Below are positions 20,620 to 30,021 of a stretch of DNA of 64,000 nucleotides, one piece after another. How positions within the stretch are numbered: position 1 is the stretch's first letter; every line of letters starts with the position of its first letter. The position numbers and the translations under genes are program-made. The DNA comes from Methanolobus sp. (GTDB lineage Archaea; Halobacteriota; Methanosarcinia; Methanosarcinales; Methanosarcinaceae). The notes below the pieces were generated by a model that did no database searches, was not told the origin of the DNA, and saw nothing but the letters and a program-made list of their open reading frames with translations. The stretch covers positions 7,745-71,744 of the forward strand of contig JAASSR010000001.1 in the NCBI GenBank assembly GCA_021767785.1, given 5' to 3'.

Positions 20620-20897
20620 TCTTCTATATTGTTTATCCTTTCATAGAAATCCAGGATGAGCTTTGTTTTCTCATTATCCAGATTCAATCTGAATGTCCTG
20701 ATCTGTTTGCCGAGAGGTTTTTCTATGACAATGTCACTTTTTATAAGAGGCGTTATCACTCTTGCAACGCTGGAATGTGAAAGTCCGGTCTCATCTGCAA
20801 TTCCGGAAAGATAAGTCGATTCATCTTTGTGGACAATAAGGTTTTTCAGAACTGTCATCTGAGCTGTCTTTCCAAAAATCTTTTCCAACGCATCCAT
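20616..20897 (-). CDS. Small winged-helix DNA-binding protein
   Basis: YLSGIADETGLSHSSVARVI HTH followed by a wing (EKPLGKQIRTFRL). Confidence 0.8.
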   Translation of the reverse strand: MDALEKIFGKTAQMTVLKNLIVHKDESTYLSGIADETGLSHSSVARVITPLIKSDIVIEKPLGKQIRTFRLNLDNEKTKLILDFYERINNIED

Positions 20898-21046
20898 CTT
20901 ATCCTAACTAAATATTCTGTTATGGGTTATAAGATTTTCTTTTATCGGATAATCTGTTTAATAAAACCTGAACTCTTTCATATTTAGAAAGGTTTTAATA
21001 ATATCATTCTGCTATATTTTATGAACTCATTTCAGGTAGAATTATC

Positions 21047-21562
21047 ATGCAGGCAGAAAACATTAGCGGAAAAATTCTTTCACTCATGGAAGAGAATCCG
21101 GATATTACAATAAAAGAGATCTCAGAGTCATTGTCAGTTTCCGAGGATCTGATTGAGGAAACCTTGAGAAAAATGTCTGATGCGCGCCAGAAGATTCTGA
21201 TAGTAGATGATGAGATGGATGCCCTGTTAGCTCTGAAAGTAGCTCTTGAAGCCGAAGGATATAATATAGTCGAAGCAAAAGATGGCTACGAAGCCATAGA
21301 TACGGCACATTCTGAAAATCCTGATGTAATACTGCTTGATCTTATGATTCCCGGAATAGATGGATTTGAAGTTTGCAGGCAACTTAAATCCGATCCCGTG
21401 TACAGTCATATTCCTGTGATCATGCTGACTGCACGTGGTGAGATTGACGATAAAGTAGAAGGGATCGAGCTTGGTGCGGATGATTATGTCACCAAACCAT
21501 TCAATCTGAAGGAACTGAAAGCACGTATAAAAATGATCCTGAGAAGAAATCAGGATGCATGA
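21047..21562 (+). CDS. Response regulator with N-terminal HTH and C-terminal receiver (LtrR-like)
   Basis: ENPDITIKEISESLSVS HTH; IVDDE, LLDLMIP, MLTA, KPF receiver motifs. Confidence 0.88.
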   Translation: MQAENISGKILSLMEENPDITIKEISESLSVSEDLIEETLRKMSDARQKILIVDDEMDALLALKVALEAEGYNIVEAKDGYEAIDTAHSENPDVILLDLMIPGIDGFEVCRQLKSDPVYSHIPVIMLTARGEIDDKVEGIELGADDYVTKPFNLKELKARIKMILRRNQDA

Positions 21563-21580
21563 TCTATTTTAAAGGGATCT

Positions 21581-23320
21581 ATGTGGGATCGTAAAAGCAA
21601 ATGGAATCTGGTTCTCTTTGCCGCTGTAGTCCTGCTTTTGATAAGTTCCATAGTTTTCCTGTGGATGAAAACAAATACAGAAGTGAGATCTGTAGTAGAG
21701 GAACAATATCAAAATCAGCAATTACTGCTTACAAGACAGGTTTCAAGCAGTATAGAAAGAACATTGAATGAAAGGGTCTTGCTGCTGGAGGTAATAGCAA
21801 ACAAAGACACCGGCGTTCCACCTGATAATTTCAGATCAGATCTCAAAAGTGTCTATGATGTTGCAGGCATGTTCTATGTTGTAGAATATGTCAATGAAGA
21901 TGGTACAATAGTTTCCGGTTATCCTGAAGATAATGTTCCTTTGGGTTTCAATCTGTATGAGAACAAACAATCACGTGCTTTTGAACGGGTGAAGAACACA
22001 GGACAGGTTTATATTACTGATCCTCTGAGACTGATGGAAGGCAACTATGGTTCTTTCATATGGGTGCCGGTGCATGAAGACGATGAATTCAGAGGGGCCT
22101 TTATTGCTATAATCAGAGAAGAAGACCTCAAAAGCAGATATGTAGTTGCATCGAATTCATCTAATTATGCATATCTTCTGGATGACAGGGGCAGAGTGCT
22201 CTATGACGAATCGGAGAACTATGAAAGAGGTACAAGTTATGCTGAGATACTGGGCTCTGATTCTTCGGGATTGCTTGATATTATCTCAAAACAGGTAAAT
22301 GGAACTGAAGGAAACGGCAAGTATCTGGTTCTTAATAACGGGACAGTAGTTGAGGAACGACTTGTTTCATATTCTCCTATTAACTGGTATAATCAGAAGT
22401 GGTCACTGGCATTGACAAGTCCTTCTTCCGAAGTGGACAGATTGATTGTCTCTGTTTATCTGAAATTGTTCATTGTAGTTGCGGTTTCGGTTCTTTTCAT
22501 AGTTTTTGTGAGTTCTTTCATTGTTATAATCCTGTTCAACTGGAGTAAGAGTCTGGAACAGGAAGTGGATGAAAAGACCCAGGAACTGAAAGATTCGAAC
22601 GAATCTCTCAGGGCAGCGAATAAAAAGCTCAAAGAACTGGATAGATTGAAGACCGAGTTCCTTTCCATAGTTTCTCATGAACTAAAGACGCCTTTGACTG
22701 CTATGAAGACCTCAGGCGAATTTCTATTGGAGACTGAAGAGTGCGACAGATCTCTGAGGAAGAAAATGCTTGACATTATTATCAGGAATATTGATCGACA
22801 GTCCAGGATGGTTGATGACCTTCTCGACATTTCACGGATAGAATCCGATCGCATGAAATTTAACAAAGAGCCTGTGGATATCGAGGAAACAATAAAAGTT
22901 TCTCTTGAGGTTGTTGATACTATCATCAGGAACAAAGACATGAAAGTGGCTGTTTCGGTTCCTGATGATCTGGAAATTATCACTACTGATAAAGATAAGC
23001 TGGTACAGGTATTTGTGAACCTTCTGAACAATGCTGTAAAATTCAGCAATAAAGGTGGTACAATAAAAATAAATGTTGAAGATGAAACTGACAGTTTAAG
23101 GATAAGTGTCAGTGACAATGGTATTGGAATGGGACCTGAGGAAGTTGAAAAAATATTTGATAAATTCTATCAGATCGACAGTACTTCCACCCGAAGGGTT
23201 GGCGGAAGCGGTCTTGGGCTTTCAATTGTCAAGGGTATTATCGAAGGCCAGGGAGGTACTATTACTGTCCTGAGTGAACCAGGCAAAGGCAGCACTTTTG
23301 TTTTTACATTAATGAAATAA
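21581..23320 (+). CDS. Membrane sensor histidine kinase with extracellular Cache-like domain (LtrK-like)
   Basis: Two TMs; SHELKTPL H-box; NLLNNAVKF, DNGIG, GGSGLGL. Confidence 0.92.
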   Translation: MWDRKSKWNLVLFAAVVLLLISSIVFLWMKTNTEVRSVVEEQYQNQQLLLTRQVSSSIERTLNERVLLLEVIANKDTGVPPDNFRSDLKSVYDVAGMFYVVEYVNEDGTIVSGYPEDNVPLGFNLYENKQSRAFERVKNTGQVYITDPLRLMEGNYGSFIWVPVHEDDEFRGAFIAIIREEDLKSRYVVASNSSNYAYLLDDRGRVLYDESENYERGTSYAEILGSDSSGLLDIISKQVNGTEGNGKYLVLNNGTVVEERLVSYSPINWYNQKWSLALTSPSSEVDRLIVSVYLKLFIVVAVSVLFIVFVSSFIVIILFNWSKSLEQEVDEKTQELKDSNESLRAANKKLKELDRLKTEFLSIVSHELKTPLTAMKTSGEFLLETEECDRSLRKKMLDIIIRNIDRQSRMVDDLLDISRIESDRMKFNKEPVDIEETIKVSLEVVDTIIRNKDMKVAVSVPDDLEIITTDKDKLVQVFVNLLNNAVKFSNKGGTIKINVEDETDSLRISVSDNGIGMGPEEVEKIFDKFYQIDSTSTRRVGGSGLGLSIVKGIIEGQGGTITVLSEPGKGSTFVFTLMK

Positions 23321-23336
23321 TATTGAGGTATAATCA

Positions 23337-23654
23337 ATGATAGTAACAACAACAGACAATATATATGGAAAAGAACTTGAGATACTTGGTGTAGTATTCG
23401 GGAATACAGTTCGTGCAAAACATATAGGTAGTGATATTGCGGCAGGTTTGAAGAACATCGTAGGTGGAGAATTGAGGGGATATTCCGATATGCTTATGCA
23501 GGCAAGGGGTGAGGCATGTGATCGTATGGTGGAAAATGCGGAAAAAATGGATGCTGACGCAGTTGTAAATGTGAGGTTCACCACTTCCCAGACAATGGCA
23601 GGTGCAGCAGAACTACTTGCCTACGGGACTGCAGTTAAGGTAAGGGATGCATAA
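23337..23654 (+). CDS. YbjQ/UPF0145 family protein
   Basis: MIVTTTD, AGLKNIVGGELRGY, ADAVVNVRF, AYGTAV. Confidence 0.92.
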   Translation: MIVTTTDNIYGKELEILGVVFGNTVRAKHIGSDIAAGLKNIVGGELRGYSDMLMQARGEACDRMVENAEKMDADAVVNVRFTTSQTMAGAAELLAYGTAVKVRDA

Positions 23655-23670
23655 TCTTGATTTATTTGTT

Positions 23671-25275
23671 CTAACCGGAAAATACGGGTATTCTGAAAGT
23701 AAAATTGCTTCCTTTGTTTATTTCACTTTCAACCTCTATGTTTCCGCCGTGCATCTCTACAAACTCTTTCACAATTATAAGTCCGAGTCCAACGCCTTCA
23801 AATTTCCTGGTCAGAGATGAATCGATCTGTGAAAAAGGCTGAAACAACTTATTCCTATCCTCTTTCAGAATTCCAATACCGTTATCCTGGACAGATACCT
23901 TTAACATTTCTTTTTCCCGCCGAATGCTGACTTTTATGTCACCGCATTCTGGTGTGAATTTAATTGCGTTATTAATAAGGTTGTAGAGTACTGTTTTAAT
24001 TTTATTCTTGTCAGCATATATTGATTTTATATTTGTATCTATTTCAAATCCAAGATTTATTTGCTTCTTTTTTGCCATTGGATAAGTTGAATTTTTAATT
24101 TCTCCTATTAATGAAGGTAAAGAAAAGTTTTTCATTTTAAGCTCGATTTTTCCTTCTTCCACTGCTGACAACTCGATCATTGAGTTGATCAAAAGGAGTA
24201 AGCGGTTACTGCTTCGTTTAATAACGTCAAGATACTGTTTTTGCTCTTTGCTTGTTGTACCGATGTAATCTTCGTAGAGGAGTTCGGAATAGCCGATTAT
24301 TAGATTTAAGGGTGTCCTGAGTTCGTGACTGATGTTTGAAAGAAATTGCTTTTTAGTACGGTTCGCGTTATCTGATATGAGCTTTGCAAAAACAAGTGCT
24401 TCTTCAGCTTTAATGCGCTCTGTTATATCGTTTCCTGAAGACAAGGTTCCTGTTATATTTCCTTCATTGTCTCTGAGAACGATGTTATGCCATGCAAAGA
24501 TCCTTTCCCCTTCGTTGGTCATGATAGGAACTTCAAAATAAGGTCGAACACTGGTCTCTCCTGCCATAAGTTTTGCATAGTCTTTTTTCGATTTTTCAAT
24601 ATATTTTTCAGGCACTGACAATTCAAACCAGTTCCTTGATAACAGGTTGCATTCTTCTGTTCCAAAGATCTCGCATCCTTTTTTATTGATCGATTTGATA
24701 TTTCCATCTCTGTCAAGAGCCAGTATGATAACCCCGACAACATCGAGATATTTCTGAGCTTTGTCTCTTTCTTCTTTGAGTTTGAACTCTATCTGTTTCA
24801 GTCTGGCAATATCGACCATAAGTCCGTTGATGCCTTTGAACTCGCCGTTTTTGATCATAGGCCTTGAGGTAGTGTGCACGTAGCTGATGCTACCGTCTTT
24901 CTTAATTATTCGGAACATATAGGGTTTATGCTCGCCGGCTATTGTTCTTTCAATATCATCCTGAAGTCCCTGAACATCATCAGGATGGATATGTTTTGTA
25001 AAATGTGTTCCAAGGACTTCTTCTACCTCATAGCCTGTTATATTTTTGACAGCAGGATTAAGATATGTAAAATAACCTTCGGCGTCAACTGAAAAAAGAA
25101 CATCATTGAGGTTATTCAACCGGTCGGAATAAAATTCCTCTACATCTTTTAATCTGGACTCTGATTTCTCTAACTTTATATTCAGGTCTTCTATTTCTTT
25201 TTCTAATTTTTCTATTGTATCCGGATGATCAGGATCACATGATCCATATTCGGTATTGTGAGCCTTTGTTTCCAT
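23671..25275 (-). CDS. Cytoplasmic PAS-PAS histidine kinase
   Basis: Two PAS/PAC domains (IHPDD; DITERI), SHELRTPL, NLINNAIKF, GVGLGL. Confidence 0.92.
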   Translation of the reverse strand: METKAHNTEYGSCDPDHPDTIEKLEKEIEDLNIKLEKSESRLKDVEEFYSDRLNNLNDVLFSVDAEGYFTYLNPAVKNITGYEVEEVLGTHFTKHIHPDDVQGLQDDIERTIAGEHKPYMFRIIKKDGSISYVHTTSRPMIKNGEFKGINGLMVDIARLKQIEFKLKEERDKAQKYLDVVGVIILALDRDGNIKSINKKGCEIFGTEECNLLSRNWFELSVPEKYIEKSKKDYAKLMAGETSVRPYFEVPIMTNEGERIFAWHNIVLRDNEGNITGTLSSGNDITERIKAEEALVFAKLISDNANRTKKQFLSNISHELRTPLNLIIGYSELLYEDYIGTTSKEQKQYLDVIKRSSNRLLLLINSMIELSAVEEGKIELKMKNFSLPSLIGEIKNSTYPMAKKKQINLGFEIDTNIKSIYADKNKIKTVLYNLINNAIKFTPECGDIKVSIRREKEMLKVSVQDNGIGILKEDRNKLFQPFSQIDSSLTRKFEGVGLGLIIVKEFVEMHGGNIEVESEINKGSNFTFRIPVFSG

Positions 25276-25678
25276 TTAATGGGAGCCGCCATTTGGTCAG
25301 TATTTTATTTTGTTAAAAAGGTCTGTTTTAATAGATTCTAGATTGCAAACTCATATCTTTGATTTAAACTTATCAATAAATTATCTTTCTGTTAATTTCA
25401 ACCCCTTGTATGCAGTTCACTGAAATATATGAATTTTTAACTATCAGCATCAATTTGAGTTTACATGTTTTACGTCCTTTTTTTCTTGTTATCTGCAGAT
25501 GTTATTGATCAGTTTTGCTATAAATCTATATTTTATAGACAAAAAAGATAAATATATTGTGCTTGATATAATTTATATTTTAAATGAATGAAAATCTTTT
25601 AACTTCACCAAGTTTATCTATAGAACACAGATATCTATCTAACAATAGTGTTTGATTCATTAATATATAGAATAACAG

Positions 25679-25794
25679 CGCCGAGGTTGGGATTCGAACC
25701 CAAGCACTCCTCCCGGAGAAACCGGTCTCGAGCCGGTCGCGTTTGGACTCCGGGGCCTGTAAGCCGACGGATTAGTCCGCTCTGCCACCTCGGC
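25679..25794 (-). tRNA. tRNA-Ser(CGA) with a 30-nt intron in the D-loop
   Basis: Acceptor GCCGAGG/CCTCGGC-G; anticodon arm ACCGG-CTCGAGA-CCGGT; long variable arm; T arm TTGGG-TTCGAAT-CCCAA; BHB-like insert at 25743-25772; CCA not encoded. Confidence 0.9.
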
Positions 25795-25818
25795 ACAAAG
25801 GCTTTGAAAGTCTTAATC

Positions 25819-25834
25819 TTTTAAAAAGGTATCG
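25819..25834 (-). promoter_or_regulatory. Putative tRNA promoter (CGATACC-TTTTTAAAA)
   Basis: TATA-like box 25-33 nt upstream of the tRNA 5' end. Confidence 0.5.
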
Positions 25835-25843
25835 AGGGGATGT

Positions 25844-27064
25844 CTAAAAGTCAAAAAGAGAACTCTGACCCTTGCTATTCCGGACTTGATTTACGTTATT
25901 TATATCATCCGGGATCTCAATTTGACCATACTGTCCTCCTCCACCTGGTCGGATTATTAATTTCTCCTCTCTGAATGCAATTATTGCATTGGTGATTCTT
26001 TCATCCAGAAAACCAAGATCATCTATCTCAACATTTAAGAGAACATTCAATTCATTATCGTATCTTTCCATCAAATAGTTCCAGGCTGTCTGTACACCCT
26101 TGGTATTAATACTTGCATGGCCCAGGGCAGTCATGATTATCTCTGACAGGGGAAGCATATGTATGTATGGTGGTCTGTGTGGCGGATGTTTTGGTTCTTT
26201 GAAATCTGCAAGCTCATTCACCCTGTCCTTTACTCCTTTTTTGATGAGTCCTCCGCAATTGGTACATTTCCAGTTATTGGCTTTGCACTCTTCAAATGTA
26301 TAATGTGTATAACATTTGATGCATGCAGATTCATTGTATTTACCTTCCTGTGGATAGAAACCGGCATTACAGGTGACTCTATACTCATTTTCACGCAGAA
26401 TAGCTTTTTTGAGACCATTGAATGATATTTCAGGAACATTTATCTGGTTGAATTCCCTTGCCAGTTTGTTGGCCCAGGGTGAGTGTGCATCGGAATTTGA
26501 TAGGAATGTGAGCCTGTGAAGTTCTTCTATCCTGTCCGCATAGTCACTATCGGCACTAAGACCAAGTTCCAGAAATGAAATGTAGTCTGTCATATCTTCA
26601 TAACAGCTTTTGAGAGAATCATGATATGCATAAAGTGCAGTCCAGGGTGTAAATGCATGACAGGGACCTATCATTGCATCTAATTCCTTTGCAATCTCAG
26701 CGATCTCGCATCCCGTGAGTTTCACTGTAGGTCGACCGTCAGCCATGAGGTCCGTATAGTGTTCAAGCCTTTCTGCAAGTTCTTCAGCTTTTGATACGGA
26801 TGGCAGAATAAGTAGATGATGTACCCGGTTCTTATCCTCGATCTCAGTAGTTATTATAAAATTTGTTTTTCCTATGCAGACATTTTCATCATCAACAGCC
26901 GCGTTTTTAATTTCATTCAGCCATTTTGGATGAGTACAGTCGCCTGTTGCAAGCAGATCCACACCTTTTTTTGCCGCTTCCTGTGCCATTACCGCCAGTT
27001 CCATTTTGTTCGAACAGGCCATCGAATATCTGGAATGCAGATGAAGGTCGGCATTAATTAACAT
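25844..27064 (-). CDS. TIGR00375 PHP-family phosphoesterase with Zn ribbon
   Basis: ADLHLHSRYS, GPCHAFTPW, SNSDAHSP, CIKC..CTNC, GGGGQYG. Confidence 0.88.
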   Translation of the reverse strand: MLINADLHLHSRYSMACSNKMELAVMAQEAAKKGVDLLATGDCTHPKWLNEIKNAAVDDENVCIGKTNFIITTEIEDKNRVHHLLILPSVSKAEELAERLEHYTDLMADGRPTVKLTGCEIAEIAKELDAMIGPCHAFTPWTALYAYHDSLKSCYEDMTDYISFLELGLSADSDYADRIEELHRLTFLSNSDAHSPWANKLAREFNQINVPEISFNGLKKAILRENEYRVTCNAGFYPQEGKYNESACIKCYTHYTFEECKANNWKCTNCGGLIKKGVKDRVNELADFKEPKHPPHRPPYIHMLPLSEIIMTALGHASINTKGVQTAWNYLMERYDNELNVLLNVEIDDLGFLDERITNAIIAFREEKLIIRPGGGGQYGQIEIPDDINNVNQVRNSKGQSSLFDF

Positions 27065-27069
27065 TTTCT

Positions 27070-27846
27070 TCAGCCAATATATCTAAGGTCATCATCTTTG
27101 GCACTGCTCAGATCAGAAATACCTTTCTGCTGTTGCTCGACTTCCTTAAGTCTGGCAACTATCTTTTCCATGTCCTTTGCACGCTCTTCAAGAGGTCCTA
27201 CATCAATATCTATATCAAAGATTTTACAGATCACTTTGAGCAGAGATTGTGCGCTTTTTGGATCAACAAGATATCCTGAAGTAAGCCCCATAAGGCATGC
27301 TGCATCTATATTTTTGAATTTGCTAAGTCCAAGAAGTAGTCCGGAAGCACCAACAATGCCTCCACCGGGCTCGTTCTCTTTGAAATTGACGCCGTATTCT
27401 TTTAGCTCTTCAACCAGTTCTGCATTGTTGACAGCTCCAAGTACTTCATCTGAAAAAGTTAATTGGCCGGTGGGAAATCCTCCAAGGGTATAGATCCTCC
27501 GGACTCCGAATTCCATGGCAAGTTCCAGGTAAAGGGTGCACAGTTTATAATGACCTTCAGTGGATGAACTTTGATGGTCTCCTACTAGTGCCAGAATGTC
27601 ATGCTTCTCTGTCCTGCAAACAAATATTTCATTGTTTACAAGTTCTGTTTCACTATTCTCATCCACAAGGACCTGTGGTGGAAAATACTGTGAATATATC
27701 TCAAGCAGCTTTTCGGCATCAAGTTCTTCTACCAGGTGCTCAGCAACAAGTTTTCCAACGTGTCCGACCCCCGGAAGTCCGACTATTAATACCGGATCAT
27801 TAAGCTGCACGTCTTCTTTGATACGAATTACTTCTATTTCCTGCAT
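27070..27846 (-). CDS. Proteasome assembly chaperone PAC2 family protein
   Basis: GLPGVGHVGKL, FPPQV, YTLGG, TSGYLVDP, C-terminal HbYX-like YIG. Confidence 0.9.
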   Translation of the reverse strand: MQEIEVIRIKEDVQLNDPVLIVGLPGVGHVGKLVAEHLVEELDAEKLLEIYSQYFPPQVLVDENSETELVNNEIFVCRTEKHDILALVGDHQSSSTEGHYKLCTLYLELAMEFGVRRIYTLGGFPTGQLTFSDEVLGAVNNAELVEELKEYGVNFKENEPGGGIVGASGLLLGLSKFKNIDAACLMGLTSGYLVDPKSAQSLLKVICKIFDIDIDVGPLEERAKDMEKIVARLKEVEQQQKGISDLSSAKDDDLRYIG

Positions 27847-28007
27847 AGATATCCCTCTTTTCTTGCTAACCTGCGATATTTTCCATAAGGGTCCTCAGGG
27901 CTGAATTTTGCAGGCTGAGGCCTGACCGTATTCAAACCACAATGCCGGCAGAATGTTTCCAGTGTATATCTGCCACATTTCCTGCATTTTAATATCTTCT
28001 TTCCCAA
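27834..28007 (-). CDS. nop10: H/ACA RNP protein Nop10
   Basis: CRKCGRYTL...CRHCG..P.PAKFSPEDPYGKYRR. TTG start at 28007. Confidence 0.93.
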   Translation of the reverse strand: MGKKILKCRKCGRYTLETFCRHCGLNTVRPQPAKFSPEDPYGKYRRLARKEGYLCRK

Positions 28008-28014
28008 AGGGTCT

Positions 28015-28812
28015 TCACGCCTTAACTGTATCGTTGTGCCTGTGGAACTCTCCCTCTCCACCAAGCTTTTCAATTGTAGCGATGGCTGCATTTGCAGATT
28101 TCTTTAATACTGATTCGGCTATCTTGTAATCAGGAGCTATTACTTTTATGCGGTATCTGGGAGCACCTGTGTAGCTTATATCCACTTTAACTCCATCTTC
28201 CTCTACGTCAGTTCCAGCCTGAAGAGCCTGCTTGATGATTTCTATTCCGTCAGGAAGATAACAATTGAGATCTACAAATCCTGCAATGTCCACAAATGGC
28301 AGTTTAATATTGTTCTGAGCAATGCTGACAATACTGCTGATGATCTTCTTTTTCATCTTTATCTCATTGAAAGCATCCTCTGAGTTCATAGCTGCTTCTT
28401 CAAATGCCGAATACAGGCTGCCAAAATTCTCCAGCAATTTTACTTTTATCTTATCCATTTCCTTATTGCTGGTATTTGTTTCTTCTGCAACGAACTGGAG
28501 CCATTTAACAGCCTTTTGTTCGTTCTTCCAGTCCTGTATCTTTTCACGCCTCTGGTGTTCATTGACATCTTTAAGGGACAGGTCTATATGTCGGCGTGAA
28601 GAGTCCACATTCAATACTTTACAAACTACTTTCTGGCCTTCACGTATATGGTCTCTTACGTACTTGACCCATCCGGCTTTGATCTCCGATATGTGGATAA
28701 AACCTTCTTTTCCACCGAATTCTTCAAGTGTCACATAAGCTCCGAAGTCTGTAACGTTCTTTACAGTACAGACAACGAAGTCTCCGCTTTCTGGCCAAAT
28801 GTTCTCATCCAT
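28015..28812 (-). CDS. eif2a: Translation initiation factor aIF-2 alpha
   Basis: WPESGDFV S1 domain, GFIHISEI, HIDLSLK, GAPRYRI. Confidence 0.95.
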   Translation of the reverse strand: MDENIWPESGDFVVCTVKNVTDFGAYVTLEEFGGKEGFIHISEIKAGWVKYVRDHIREGQKVVCKVLNVDSSRRHIDLSLKDVNEHQRREKIQDWKNEQKAVKWLQFVAEETNTSNKEMDKIKVKLLENFGSLYSAFEEAAMNSEDAFNEIKMKKKIISSIVSIAQNNIKLPFVDIAGFVDLNCYLPDGIEIIKQALQAGTDVEEDGVKVDISYTGAPRYRIKVIAPDYKIAESVLKKSANAAIATIEKLGGEGEFHRHNDTVKA

Positions 28813-28828
28813 TATAAATCACTTTCAT

Positions 28829-29005
28829 TCACTCGAGTACTTCGAGTATGTGTGTTGTGATCGTTGATTTCCCGCCGGTGGGCTCAGCCAGTGTCCTTCC
28901 GCAGACAAGGCAGGTCACCTTACTGCTTGAACTGCCGAAAATCACCTGCTCGTTCTCACAATCGTTGCATTTCACACGTAAAAATCTGCTCTTTGGTTTA
29001 TTCAT
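28829..29005 (-). CDS. rps27e: 30S ribosomal protein S27e (58 aa, absent from the ORF track)
   Basis: Manual translation: [58 protein letters not shown]. Confidence 0.95.
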   Translation of the reverse strand: MNKPKSRFLRVKCNDCENEQVIFGSSSSKVTCLVCGRTLAEPTGGKSTITTHILEVLE

Positions 29006-29011
29006 TTGACA

Positions 29012-29290
29012 TCACTCCGAGAAGTCGAACTTCTTTGCTCTGAAGCATGGTCTCTGATGTGCCTTATTGCATTCTGAACACCTGTATCTGAGCCATATTC
29101 TCTTTGTTGGTTTGTCTCCACCAGGTACTTTTGAGAATTTACCACTGTTCCCAAGTCCCATCTGGCGTTTCTTCTGTCTCTCGATACGTGTCAGTGATGA
29201 TGCCTTTCCTTTCTTCACTCTTTCTGCGACATGCTCTGTATGTTTTTTGCAGAATGGGCAATATGTTCTGAATCTCTTCGGAATCTTCAT
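29012..29290 (-). CDS. rpl44e: 50S ribosomal protein L44e
   Basis: [33 protein letters not shown]. Confidence 0.96.
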   Translation of the reverse strand: MKIPKRFRTYCPFCKKHTEHVAERVKKGKASSLTRIERQKKRQMGLGNSGKFSKVPGGDKPTKRIWLRYRCSECNKAHQRPCFRAKKFDFSE

Positions 29291-29328
29291 TATCTTCACC
29301 TTGATAAGTCAGTTTGATTAGTTCAAAT

Positions 29329-30021
29329 CTATAGAATCATTTGTGCCACGTTTCGTTTTATCAACCCATTTGCATTCAGGGCAGGTAAAATAACAACGTC
29401 TTCGGCATGTAATGTGTAATTGCGATTATCCATAGCCTTGAAAGTAGGCAGGTCCTCCAGTATTCGCACAACAACGAATTCTTTATTTATATTACTTTTG
29501 CCTATTTCATCTTTTTTGTCGCTGTCAGCTTCAGGTTTGATCTCAGCTTCCTGCCTGTTGTTTGGAGGTTCGGTTCGCATATTTTCTGAATGATCCTTTT
29601 TGTCATTCCTCTTTGAAGATTTTACTTTTTCTTTTACTGCCTGTGGATCGAGTATGGGTACAAGAAGTTCCCTGCGTGCATTATTTATCGCTGAAAGTAC
29701 TACATCATAAACTTCTTTTTCTTCCGGGAGTAATTTACTCATATCCTGAGATGGTGGCATGCTGGAAAAAGCATTGCTGGTGGCATAGCTTATGATTTTT
29801 CTGATACGACGAATGAATATGACCTCAATATCTGTGATGGCGCTCTGAAGTTCATCCTCGAGCATCTTTGATTCTACAGAACGTGGATTATTTATGCTCA
29901 TTATCTCTTCTTCGAGCTCTTTGATATATTCCTCGACATCCCGGAAAAACCCGGGATGTAATGATCTAAGTGTGGAACTACTTTCCTCCCTTAAAACATT
30001 CTTGAGCTCAGTGCGATCCAT
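29329..30021 (-). CDS. Archaeal GINS subunit (Gins51/Gins15-type)
   Basis: Helical A domain (RRIRKII, LLPEEKEVY) plus C-terminal B domain (VRILEDLP.F...D...Y.L..EDVV.LP..NA). Conserved position between priS and L44e. Confidence 0.8.
   Translation of the reverse strand: MDRTELKNVLREESSSTLRSLHPGFFRDVEEYIKELEEEIMSINNPRSVESKMLEDELQSAITDIEVIFIRRIRKIISYATSNAFSSMPPSQDMSKLLPEEKEVYDVVLSAINNARRELLVPILDPQAVKEKVKSSKRNDKKDHSENMRTEPPNNRQEAEIKPEADSDKKDEIGKSNINKEFVVVRILEDLPTFKAMDNRNYTLHAEDVVILPALNANGLIKRNVAQMIL

Noticed and set aside
20616..29331. Pyrrolysine readthrough at TAG stops (genes ending at 20616, 23671, 25844, 29329)
   Set aside because: Readthrough reaches another stop within 1-2 codons or runs into a neighbouring gene or the tRNA, and the proteins are already full length.
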